NCBI GenBank assembly: GCA_041486695.1 | Contig: JBGPLZ010000003.1 | Coordinates: 1 to 60,849 of the forward strand | Length of the DNA: 60,849 nt | Source: Acidobacteriota bacterium | GTDB lineage: Bacteria; Acidobacteriota; Polarisedimenticolia; Gp22-AA2 | Direction: 5' to 3' | Shown here: positions 37,952 through 46,033 of the stretch, in pieces | Numbering within the stretch: the stretch's first letter is position 1 | Layout of the letters: the number at the start of each line of letters is the position of its first letter | Position numbers and translations under genes: made by a program | Notes under the pieces: generated by a model | Told to the model about the DNA's origin: nothing | Database searches by the model: none | The model's input: only the letters and a program-made list of their open reading frames with translations

Positions 37952-38971
37952 GTGGCGTTCGTGGACAAGCTGAAGGATCTGGCGGCGATGATCGAGGGGC
38001 GTGGTCTCGAGCCGCCCCGTCTGCCGTGCTCTCCGGACGTGGCGGTGGAGATCGCCCCGGATCGGATCACCGCCGTCCGTCTCGGCGCCGACCGGAAGAG
38101 CAAGACGATCCAGGTCCGCTCGGTCGCCTCGCGCGACATCCCGGAGGGGGCCATCGAGATCGCGCTCGCCCGCCCGAACATCGTGGCCCCGGAGCCGGTC
38201 GTCTCCGCCCTCGCCGAGGTCCTGGGCGCCGTGGGCGCGGCGGAGCAGAGGCTCTCGGTCCTTCTCCCCGATCATGTGGCGCGCGTGGCGCTTTTGGCGT
38301 TCGCGACCCTGCCGCGCACCCGCCGCGAGCTCATCGAGCTGGTGCGCTTCCGCATGGCCAAGTCGCTGCCGTTCAAGCTCGACGAGGCGGTCATGGACAT
38401 GACGGTCCTCGGCGGGGGCAGCGGCCCCGCGGGCGCCTCGGTGCTGGCGACCTTCATGCACCGCGCGGTGCTCGAGCAGTACGAGAACCTGTTCACCGCC
38501 GCGGGGTACTGGCCGGGCCTGGTCGGGATCTCGACCTTCGAGATCTACAATCTCTTCCGCCACACGCTGGAGGCGCGCCGCCTGCCGGACAAGGACACCC
38601 TGCTTCTCAACGTCACGCCGCACTATCTGTCGCTGCTGATCTTCCGCGGTGACGATCTGATCTTCTACCGCTGCAAGCCGCACCAGACGGGGAGCGAGGA
38701 GCTGGTCAAGGGAGTGCGGCGGGAGATTTACACCTCGCTGGCCTTCTACCAGGAGAAGCTCCTGGGACGGGGCGTCGGCTGCGCGGCGCTGCGCGCCGTC
38801 TCGCTACCTCCCGGACCGCTGCGGGACGGCATCGGCGAGGAGATCGGATGCGCCGTCCTTCTGCTCGACCTGCTCCGGGTGGTGCCGCTCGGCGAGGCGG
38901 TGACGCTGGATGCGGAGGGCGCGTCCCTCGCGGCGCCGGCCGCCGGGGCGATCTTCGGGAGGCGCGCGTGA
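37952..38971 (+). CDS. pilM: PilM-like actin-fold assembly protein
   Basis: Size and position directly upstream of PilN/PilO-like genes. VAVEIAPDRITAVRL.., LPFKLDEAVMDM, NVTPHYLSLLIF. Confidence 0.75.
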   Translation: MAFVDKLKDLAAMIEGRGLEPPRLPCSPDVAVEIAPDRITAVRLGADRKSKTIQVRSVASRDIPEGAIEIALARPNIVAPEPVVSALAEVLGAVGAAEQRLSVLLPDHVARVALLAFATLPRTRRELIELVRFRMAKSLPFKLDEAVMDMTVLGGGSGPAGASVLATFMHRAVLEQYENLFTAAGYWPGLVGISTFEIYNLFRHTLEARRLPDKDTLLLNVTPHYLSLLIFRGDDLIFYRCKPHQTGSEELVKGVRREIYTSLAFYQEKLLGRGVGCAALRAVSLPPGPLRDGIGEEIGCAVLLLDLLRVVPLGEAVTLDAEGASLAAPAAGAIFGRRA

Positions 38972-40341
38972 AGCCTCTCCCCACCAACCTGGCGAGCCGG
39001 CCGTTTCGCAACAACGCCGTGCTCGGCTCGGTCCTGGGCAGCATCGCGGCGCTCCTCGTGCTGGCGACCGTCTTCAACCTCACCCTCTTCCTGCGCCACG
39101 GCAGCAGCTACGCCGAGATGAATCACGAGCAGGCGAGCGACAGGGAGAGGCTGGCGAAGGTGGACCTGGAGGAGGCGAGGCTGGCCCGGGAGATCCAGAA
39201 GCGCGACTTCCGCCGCCTCCAGGCGCGGGAGCGGATCGCCGGGGAGCTGATTCTGAGGCACGCCTTCTCCTGGACCCTGCTGTTCAACAAGCTGGAGACG
39301 GTGGTGCCGGCCGAGGTGATGATGACCGCCATCCGTCCGAACATCACCGCGGACGCGATCGTCGTCCGGGTCGACGGGGTCGCCAAGAGCTACTTCGCCT
39401 TCCTCGACCTGCAGGACAAGCTGCTGGCGAACCAGGTGTTCGCCCGGATCTCCCCGATCAGCGAGCGCAAGCTCAATCCCAGCCGCCCCGAAATCACCTT
39501 CGCCCTCAATTTCGGCTACCTGCCCAAGGTGGCGGCTCCGGCCGCGTTGCTCGCGGCGGGTGCCGCGCCGGGCGCGGCCGCAGGCAGTACCTCCCCGGCA
39601 TCCCCGGGTGCGGCCGCAGGCGCTCCTTCCCCGGCATCCCCGGGCAGGGCCGCGGGCACTCCGACCCCGCGTGTGGCGGCCCCGGCTCCCGTGCCGGCCT
39701 CGGCGCCGGCGCTCGGGATCGTCGGGCGTGACGGACAGTTGCGCACCGCGACCGCCCTGTCCCGGATGTTCGCGGCTCCGGGGTCGATCTATCTGCCGCC
39801 CGGCGCTCGCCCTTCCGCCCCGGCGGCACCCAAGCAGGCCGGTCCGAAGCCCCAAAAGCCGCGGGCGGCCCCCGCCGGAACTCCGCCCGCCGCGACGGCC
39901 GCTCCGCAGCCCTCGGCGCGGCTCCTCCAGGTGCCGGTGCGTGGTGAGCCGGGTCTGCCGCCGGGCCTCCTCCCGGGGGCTTTGCCTCCGAAGGTCAGGA
40001 TGGCGGCCGAGGTCGGGCGGGGCGTCGTCCCGGCCGATCGGCTCGATCTCCCCATGCGGTTCGCCGATCGTCCGGTGGGTGAGATCTACGCTGCGCTCGC
40101 GCAGGCTCACGGGGTTCGTTTCGACCTCGATCCCGGCGTCGATCCCCGGGCCCGCATCTCGGCCAGCCTGTCGGGAAAGACGCTCGCCGATGCGATCGCC
40201 ATCGTGGCGCGCGCCGCGGGCCACCGGGTCCATCGCGAGTCCGACGGCGTCTACAGGGTGGTCCTCCCGGCCGGAGGCGCGGCGATCGCCGACAAGCCGC
40301 TGCAGGAGGAGACTCTGTTCCCGGCGGAAGGGCGGCCATGA
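38968..40341 (+). CDS. PilN-like bitopic protein fused through a long Pro/Ala-rich linker to a C-terminal STN/secretin-N0-like domain
   Basis: GTGA overlap with the pilM stop. NLASRPFRNN + TM VLGSVLGSIAALLVLATVF + coiled coil (PilN pattern). Linker of about 130 aa. C-terminus LDLPMRFADRPVGEIYAALAQAHGVRFDLDPGV..ISASLSGKTLADAIAIVARAAG. Confidence 0.65.
   Translation: MKPLPTNLASRPFRNNAVLGSVLGSIAALLVLATVFNLTLFLRHGSSYAEMNHEQASDRERLAKVDLEEARLAREIQKRDFRRLQARERIAGELILRHAFSWTLLFNKLETVVPAEVMMTAIRPNITADAIVVRVDGVAKSYFAFLDLQDKLLANQVFARISPISERKLNPSRPEITFALNFGYLPKVAAPAALLAAGAAPGAAAGSTSPASPGAAAGAPSPASPGRAAGTPTPRVAAPAPVPASAPALGIVGRDGQLRTATALSRMFAAPGSIYLPPGARPSAPAAPKQAGPKPQKPRAAPAGTPPAATAAPQPSARLLQVPVRGEPGLPPGLLPGALPPKVRMAAEVGRGVVPADRLDLPMRFADRPVGEIYAALAQAHGVRFDLDPGVDPRARISASLSGKTLADAIAIVARAAGHRVHRESDGVYRVVLPAGGAAIADKPLQEETLFPAEGRP
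39574..39645 (+). repeat. Tandem 36-bp (12-aa) coding repeat in the PilN-like linker
   Basis: GCGGCCGCAGGCAGTACCTCCCCGGCATCCCCGGGT followed by GCGGCCGCAGGCGCTCCTTCCCCGGCATCCCCGGGC (AAAGSTSPASPG / AAAGAPSPASPG). A third, degenerate unit follows. Confidence 0.85.
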
Positions 40342-40961
40342 GCGCCCGGACGCTTCGTCCGCGTTTCGACCTGCGCCAGGATCTCTGGAAGGCCGTCGCG
40401 GTCTTCGGGCTGCTCGCGCTGGTCAATCTGGGCTTTTATCTGTTCCTCAACCTGCCGCGACTGCGGGCCTTCGGCGCCCTGCGGGACAGGCGCGACGACG
40501 TCCGGCGGACGCTGATCGCGGCCAAGAATCGCTGCGACACGATGCTCGACCTGGTGACGCGGTACGATGAGGACATGGTGAGGCTCGACGACTTCTTCAG
40601 CAACCGGATCGGCACCCAGGCCGAGCGGATGACGAGCATCCAGAAGGAGATTCGGGCGATCGCCGGCGAGTTTCACATCGACCCGGAGTCGATCGACTTC
40701 AACCTCACCGAGGTCGAGAGCAGCGACCTGACGCAGTTCCAGATCACCATCCCGTTGCTCGGCGGCTATCCGAACCTGAGGCAGTTCCTCAACCGGATCG
40801 AGGCGGCCGAGCACATCTTCATCGTCGACAGCGTCGAGCTGGCCGGGTCGCGCGAGGGCGGGGTGATGCTGAGCCTGACGATCAAGATTTCGACCTATTT
40901 CAGCACCCCGGAGCGTGAATCCGGGCACGGCCGGGCGAAGCCCGTGCCCCAGGGAGCCTGA
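40338..40961 (+). CDS. pilO: PilO/GspM-like bitopic assembly protein
   Basis: ATGA overlap. TM AVAVFGLLALVNLGFYLFL, coiled coil, C-terminal ferredoxin-like part FQITIPLLGGYPNLRQFLNRIE..IFIVDSVEL. Confidence 0.7.
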   Translation: MSARTLRPRFDLRQDLWKAVAVFGLLALVNLGFYLFLNLPRLRAFGALRDRRDDVRRTLIAAKNRCDTMLDLVTRYDEDMVRLDDFFSNRIGTQAERMTSIQKEIRAIAGEFHIDPESIDFNLTEVESSDLTQFQITIPLLGGYPNLRQFLNRIEAAEHIFIVDSVELAGSREGGVMLSLTIKISTYFSTPERESGHGRAKPVPQGA

Positions 40962-40962
40962 G

Positions 40963-41628
40963 GTGGCCGCGCCGCTCAAGAAACGCGGCAAGGAGATCGT
41001 GCTGGGCGTGCTGCTCGTCGCCATCGTGGCGACCGTCTGGCGCCAGTTCGGATCGGATTCGCCCGCGCCGTCGCCGGCCGCGGGCGTCCGGCGGGCCGGC
41101 CCCGGCGGCAGAGGGGGGGCCGATCTGGCGGCGCTGAAGATCGTTCCCGTCGACTGGACGGCGCTCAACGCCGCGCGCCCGACTTACGTCGTGGGCCGCA
41201 ACATCTTTCAATTCGGCTCGATCCCGGCGCCGACGCCGCCTCCCCTGACCGAAGCGGAGAAGCAGGCGATCGAGGCGGCCCGCGCGGCGGCGCAGAAGGC
41301 GCAGGAGGAAGCCGCCCGCCTGGCGGCGGGCCAAGCGGCGCAGCAGGCGGTGGAGATGCAGGCGCAGCAGCAGGCGATCGCGAGCCTGCCGCCGCCCAAG
41401 CCGCAGCCGCCTCCGATCGCCTACAAGTTCATCGGCTACATCGGGCCGCCGGAGCAGAAGATCGCCGTCCTGCATGACGGCACCGACATGATCTTCGTGC
41501 ACCGGGGGGACGTGCTGGCGAAGCAGTTCAAGGTTCTGGAAATCGGCTACGAATCGATTAAATTCGGCTACACCGATCCGCAATTCAAGGGAGAATCCCA
41601 GACGCTCCCGATGAGCAGTTCTTACTGA
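40963..41628 (+). CDS. PilP/GspC-like inner-membrane-anchored periplasmic protein
   Basis: GTG at 40963 after GGGAG. TM IVLGVLLVAIVATVW, Ala/Gln-rich coiled linker, C-terminal beta-domain YKFIGYIGPPEQKIAVLHDG..VHRGDVLAKQFKVLEIGYESIKF. Confidence 0.55.
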   Translation: MAAPLKKRGKEIVLGVLLVAIVATVWRQFGSDSPAPSPAAGVRRAGPGGRGGADLAALKIVPVDWTALNAARPTYVVGRNIFQFGSIPAPTPPPLTEAEKQAIEAARAAAQKAQEEAARLAAGQAAQQAVEMQAQQQAIASLPPPKPQPPPIAYKFIGYIGPPEQKIAVLHDGTDMIFVHRGDVLAKQFKVLEIGYESIKFGYTDPQFKGESQTLPMSSSY

Positions 41629-41645
41629 AGGGGGGTGAGGCGACG

Positions 41646-44039
41646 ATGGCGTGGACGGAGCGAGCCAAGATCGGACCCGGCGGGGCGCGGGCGAGGCAGG
41701 CGGCGGTGGTCGTCGTCTCACTGCTGCTGCTCTCCTGCGCCACCTCCAGCTCCTACCGGCACGGCACCAGGCAGATGAATGCGGGGGAGTACGACAGCGC
41801 CGTGGTGAATTTCTCCCGCGCCCTGACCGGGCAACCCGAAAGCACCCGGATCAAGTCGGCGCTGGTGCGCGCCAGGATGAAGGCCGCCGAGGACCATTTC
41901 ATGAAGGGGCAGGCCTATGCCAGGGCCGGCGACCTCGAGTCGTCCATCAGCGAGTACCAGCAGACGGTCTACCTCAACCCGTCGCACCAGTACGCGGCCA
42001 ACGAGCTGCAGAAGGCCCTGGCCGAGTGGCAGAAGCGCCAGAAACAGGATATGTCCGACATCGAGAAGCTCAAGAAGAAGGTGAAGGCCGAGCCGGGGCG
42101 GGTGGCGCCGCGCCTCAATCCCGCCTCCAACATCCCGATCGTCCTGCGCTTCAAGGACGAGACGATCCGCAAGATCTATGATGCGCTGTCGAAGGCCTCC
42201 GGCATCAATTTCATCTATGACGACCGGGTCGACCTCAACAAGAAGATCTCGATCGATCTGGCCGACGTGACCTTCGAGCGCGCCCTCGACACGCTGATGG
42301 CCATGAACAAGCATTTCTTCAAGATCTGGGACGACAACACGATCCTGATCGCCGACGACAACGCGCAGAAGCACAAGGAGCTCGACGACCTGGTCATCCA
42401 GACCTTTTACCTGAGCAACGCCGACGTCAAGGACGTGCAGGTCCTGCTGCGGACGCTCCTCGATGCCCGGCAGCTGGCGCAGAACGACCGCCTCAACTCG
42501 ATCACGATCCGCGATACCCCCGAAAGGGTGCAGGTCGCCGCCAAGATCATCGATGCGAACGATAAGGCGAAGTCCGAGCTCGTGGTCGACGTCGAGCTGC
42601 TCGAGATCAACCGCAACATGCTGCAGAACCTCGGCATCGACCTGAGCGGCGCCAGCGGCGGCAACGGCAAGCAGATCGGCATCAACTATGGCGGCACCGG
42701 CGGCGTGCCGCTCAACAACCTGGGCATCTTGAAGCAGGCGGGCTCCTGGCTCCTGGGCCCGGTGCCCGGCGTGGTGGTCAATTTCCTGAAGACCAACGCC
42801 GACGCGCAGGTGATCGCCAAGCCCCAAGTGAGAGTCAGCGAGGGGGCCAAGGCGACGGTGCGGATCGGCGATCGGATCCCGATCCCGACCACCACCTTCA
42901 ACGCCGCTCCGACCGTGGGAGGGACGGTGGGCGTGCCGATCACCTCGTTCACCTACCAGAACGTCGGCATCAACATCGATATCGAGCCCCGCGTCCACCA
43001 CAACAAGGAGATCACCCTCAAGCTGCACGTCGAGGTGTCGTCGCTGGCGGGGCAGGTGTCGGCGGGCGGGGGGCTGACCCAGCCGATCATCGGCACCCGC
43101 GAGATCGACTCGACCATCCGTCTCAAGGATAACGAGACGAACCTGCTCGCCGGCCTGATCCGGTCGGAAGAGCGCAGGTCGTTGAGCGGCGTGCCGGGCC
43201 TGTCGGACATCCCCGTGCTGCGGCGCCTGTTCGGCACCACGGAGACGACGGTGCAGTCGACCGACATCGTCCTGACGCTCACGCCGCACATCCTGCGCGT
43301 GCCCGACATCACCGAGGAGGATCTCCGGCCGCTCTGGGTCGGAACGGAGCAGGACATCGGCCTCAAGGGTGCGAGCAAGCAAAGCGCCTTCGGACCATCG
43401 CCGTTCGAGGCGGAGGAGGAGCCGGTGGCGCAGGAGCCGACGGCCCCGGTCGTCGAGGAGGCGGCCCCGGGCTCCACGATCTTCGGGGCCGACACAGCCA
43501 CGCCCGAGCCGACCCCGACGCCCGCCCCGAGCCCGACCCCGAAGCCGCCGCCGAACGTGGGCGGCTCCGGGCCGGCGGCGGCTTCGACGCCCGCGAAGTC
43601 GCCGAGCAGCGAGCCGGCCGGCCCCGCGGTGGTCTCGATCAAACCGTCCAATCCGACCGTCCCGCTCGGGGAGGACTTCACCGTCAGCGTCGAGATCAAC
43701 GGTGCCAGAGGAGTCGGCAGCGTGCCGTTCCACCTCGGTTTCGATCCGACGGCGATCGAGTTCGCCAATTTCACCAATACGTCGCCGTTCCTGGGGAGTG
43801 ACGGGTCGGGGGTCTTCATCCTGGCGACGGTCGGCAGCGGCGGCCGGGAGGTGATCGTGGGCCTGTCGCGCCAGGGGAGCCGTCCCGGGATCGACGGCCA
43901 GGGGTCATTGATCCAGCTGACCTTCCGTCCGAAGCGGCCGGGGACGACGACCTTGAACTTCACCGATCTCTCGGTCCTCGACCCGCAGGCGCAGATCCTG
44001 CCGTCGCAGAACCTGGGAGCGACGATCGTGATCCAGTAG
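41646..44039 (+). CDS. gspD: Secretin (GspD/PilQ family) with lipoprotein-type signal, TPR-like N-terminus, N0+N1 modules, secretin core, and a Pro-rich linker to a C-terminal cohesin-like domain
   Basis: VVSLLLLSC (lipobox-like). N0: IVLRFKDETIRKIYDALSKASGINFIY. N1: VIQTFYLSNADVKDVQVLLRTLL. Core: AKPQVRVSEGAKATVRIGDRIPIP..GINIDIEPRVH..LLAGLIRSEE..VPGLSDIPVLRRLFG. C-terminus: VVSIKPSNPTVPLGEDFTVSVEINGARGVGSVPFHLGFDP. Confidence 0.85.
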   Translation: MAWTERAKIGPGGARARQAAVVVVSLLLLSCATSSSYRHGTRQMNAGEYDSAVVNFSRALTGQPESTRIKSALVRARMKAAEDHFMKGQAYARAGDLESSISEYQQTVYLNPSHQYAANELQKALAEWQKRQKQDMSDIEKLKKKVKAEPGRVAPRLNPASNIPIVLRFKDETIRKIYDALSKASGINFIYDDRVDLNKKISIDLADVTFERALDTLMAMNKHFFKIWDDNTILIADDNAQKHKELDDLVIQTFYLSNADVKDVQVLLRTLLDARQLAQNDRLNSITIRDTPERVQVAAKIIDANDKAKSELVVDVELLEINRNMLQNLGIDLSGASGGNGKQIGINYGGTGGVPLNNLGILKQAGSWLLGPVPGVVVNFLKTNADAQVIAKPQVRVSEGAKATVRIGDRIPIPTTTFNAAPTVGGTVGVPITSFTYQNVGINIDIEPRVHHNKEITLKLHVEVSSLAGQVSAGGGLTQPIIGTREIDSTIRLKDNETNLLAGLIRSEERRSLSGVPGLSDIPVLRRLFGTTETTVQSTDIVLTLTPHILRVPDITEEDLRPLWVGTEQDIGLKGASKQSAFGPSPFEAEEEPVAQEPTAPVVEEAAPGSTIFGADTATPEPTPTPAPSPTPKPPPNVGGSGPAAASTPAKSPSSEPAGPAVVSIKPSNPTVPLGEDFTVSVEINGARGVGSVPFHLGFDPTAIEFANFTNTSPFLGSDGSGVFILATVGSGGREVIVGLSRQGSRPGIDGQGSLIQLTFRPKRPGTTTLNFTDLSVLDPQAQILPSQNLGATIVIQ

Positions 44040-44515
44040 TGACGGCGAGGCGCGCGGACCGGGGCTGGCGCGGCATGACGCTCATCGAGCTTCTGGTCGT
44101 CGTGGCGGTTCTGCTGGTCCTCACGGCGGTGGTGGTGCCGACGGTGAAGTTCGCGGTCAAAAGGCAGAAGGAGCTCGAGCTGCGGCGCGCGCTGCGGGTG
44201 GTCCGCAAGGGGATCGACGACTACAAGAAGCTGTGCGACGCCGGAGTGATCCAGAAGACCGGCGTCGACTCCGAGTGCTACCCGGAGGAGCTCGAGGTGC
44301 TGGTGAAAGGGGTCGACAAGACCGGCGCCCTGGGGCAGAAGGTGAAATTCCTGAGAAAGATCCCGCTCGACCCGATGACCAACGGCTACGAGTGGGGGAC
44401 CCGCTCATACCAGGACGAGGCGGATTCCGATTCGTGGGGCCGGCAGAACGTCTACGACATCTATACCACCGCCGGGGGAAAGGCCCTCGACGGCACGAAA
44501 TACAAGGATTGGTGA
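44039..44515 (+). CDS. gspG: GspG-like major pseudopilin (prepilin-type N-terminus)
   Basis: Leader MTARRADRGWRG / MTLIELLVVVAVLLVL. C-terminal pattern IPLDPM..YDIYTTAGGKALDGTKYKDW. Confidence 0.85.
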   Translation: MTARRADRGWRGMTLIELLVVVAVLLVLTAVVVPTVKFAVKRQKELELRRALRVVRKGIDDYKKLCDAGVIQKTGVDSECYPEELEVLVKGVDKTGALGQKVKFLRKIPLDPMTNGYEWGTRSYQDEADSDSWGRQNVYDIYTTAGGKALDGTKYKDW

Positions 44516-45099
44516 TGGCTAGTGTCCTGAGTCGGAAATCCCTTGCCCATTTCGACGGCCCTCGACGGCCCCGGCTTCGTTGGGCCTCCTCGGAATGGGT
44601 CCACCATGCCTGCGTCGGCCCGCCTCGCCGGGCCCGCCGATGGCTCGCCGGACTGGGCAAGGGATTTCCGACTCAGGACACTTGGAGACGGCGCGGACGG
44701 GACCAGGCGGCACGGCGCGACGGCGGTTTCACGCTGATCGAGTTGTTGATCGTCATCACCATCATCGGCATCATCGCCGCCATCGCCGTCGGGCAATATC
44801 AGAAGACGCCGCTCAAGGCCAAGGAGGCGGTCCTCAAGGAGGATCTCTTCGTTTTGCGCGACGTCATCGACCAGTACTTCGCCGACAAGGGGAAGTATCC
44901 CGAAAGCCTGCAGGCGCTGGCCGACGACGGTTACATGCGGAAGATCCCGGTCGACCCGTTCACGGGATCCGATTCGACCTGGGAGACGGTGCAGGCGGAG
45001 GCCTCGGACGACGATAAGGATAGCGGCGGCGGGGTCATCGACGTCCACAGCGGCGCGACCGGGGCCGCGCTCGACGGGAGCCGCTACAGCGATTGGTGA
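44515..45099 (+). CDS. gspG: Second GspG-like pseudopilin; its leader-coding region carries the in-frame 162-bp element E2, so start and functionality are uncertain
   Basis: Mature part GFTLIELLIVITIIGIIAAIAV..IPVDPFTG..ALDGSRYSDW. The only in-frame ATG/GTG/TTG upstream of G/FTLIELL is the ATG at 44515, giving a 70-aa leader. Confidence 0.7.
   Translation: MASVLSRKSLAHFDGPRRPRLRWASSEWVHHACVGPPRRARRWLAGLGKGFPTQDTWRRRGRDQAARRDGGFTLIELLIVITIIGIIAAIAVGQYQKTPLKAKEAVLKEDLFVLRDVIDQYFADKGKYPESLQALADDGYMRKIPVDPFTGSDSTWETVQAEASDDDKDSGGGVIDVHSGATGAALDGSRYSDW
44521..44682. repeat. 162-bp palindromic element E2: perfect 29-bp terminal inverted repeats around a 104-nt GC-rich core, inserted in frame in a pseudopilin leader
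   Basis: 44521-44549 AGTGTCCTGAGTCGGAAATCCCTTGCCCA is the exact reverse complement of 44654-44682. The length is 54 codons with no stop in the pilin frame. Confidence 0.9.
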
Positions 45100-45204
45100 G
45101 CGAGGGTCGACCGAAGGGAGTCAGTGGAATGACACGGCCGTCCGGCAACAAGTTGTGGTGGCGCCCGTCGGCCGGGGGTATATTCAAAGGATAGGAGACA
45201 AGCA

Positions 45205-46020
45205 ATGCGCAGGCGCTGGACCGCGACAGTCTTGATTCTGGGCGTCGGCATGATCGCCCTGACCATCCTGCAGTGTCAGACGGGAGATCGGATCCCGCCG
45301 AAGGGGTCGACGATCGTCGTCTCCGGCAACCCGACGACGATTCCCCTGGGGAACAGCCCGGCCTGCACGAGCATTTTGCAAGTTTCTAGTTGCGGGACTT
45401 CCGAGATCACCGCGGCCGTCAGCAGCGATCTAGGGGTCCCCCTCCCCGATCAGGATGTCCGTTTCAGCTCGACCGCCGGGAAGTTGTTCATCGGTTCGCT
45501 GAGCGCGCCGATCCCGATCGGCAACGTCCCGGTTCAGACCGACAGCGCAGGGAACGCCCGGGTGAATCTGGTGACCTCGACGACCAGCACCGTGACCGCC
45601 CGTTCGGGGCTCGCTTCGGGGCCGCTGACGCTTAGCACCGTCCAAGGGAACCTCAGCCTGATCACCCTCAATGCGGACCCCAACGACCCCACCTGCAACG
45701 ACACCACGATCACGAGCTGCGGTCAGAGCGTCTGCCTTGTGGCCACGGCGCAGGATTCCTCCAGCACCGGGATCCAGGGTGTCGCTATCCTGTTCACGCT
45801 GGTGAACAACGTCTCCGGCAGCAATACCTTCCGCGGTCAGTTTGTCCCGAGCCAGAAGACGACCGACGTGAACGGGGAAGCGACAACCCTCTTCACGCCC
45901 GACAGCACCTGCACCGCGCAATGTGGTGGGGGGAAGAGCTGCCAGGGGGAGATCGTCGCGACGACGCAGGGAGGCAGCTTCCCGAGCGCGCCGGTGCAAC
46001 TGCTGATCAACATCCCCTGA
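45205..46020 (+). CDS. Exported Cys-rich protein with two bacterial Ig-like (Big_1-type) domains
   Basis: N-terminal hydrophobic signal VLILGVGMIALTILQC (non-canonical lipobox). Twice the pattern V.F.st.G.l...TDs.G.A.v.l.s (DQDVRFSSTAGKL..TDSAGNARVNLVTS; VAILFTLVN..TDVNGEATTLFTP). Confidence 0.6.
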   Translation: MRRRWTATVLILGVGMIALTILQCQTGDRIPPKGSTIVVSGNPTTIPLGNSPACTSILQVSSCGTSEITAAVSSDLGVPLPDQDVRFSSTAGKLFIGSLSAPIPIGNVPVQTDSAGNARVNLVTSTTSTVTARSGLASGPLTLSTVQGNLSLITLNADPNDPTCNDTTITSCGQSVCLVATAQDSSSTGIQGVAILFTLVNNVSGSNTFRGQFVPSQKTTDVNGEATTLFTPDSTCTAQCGGGKSCQGEIVATTQGGSFPSAPVQLLINIP

Positions 46021-46033
46021 GGGGAGAAAGTCG

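Noticed and set aside
39574-39681. Possible CRISPR-like or VNTR array in the repeated GC-rich stretch
   Set aside because: There are only two good 36-bp units, directly adjacent with no spacers and in frame inside the PilN-like linker. It is a coding tandem duplication.
44482-44569. 13-nt identity GGCCCTCGACGGC between the 3' end of the first pseudopilin gene and the core of element E2
   Set aside because: It is short, GC-rich and in different reading frames. A match of this length is plausible by chance in about 120 kb of two-strand GC-biased sequence.
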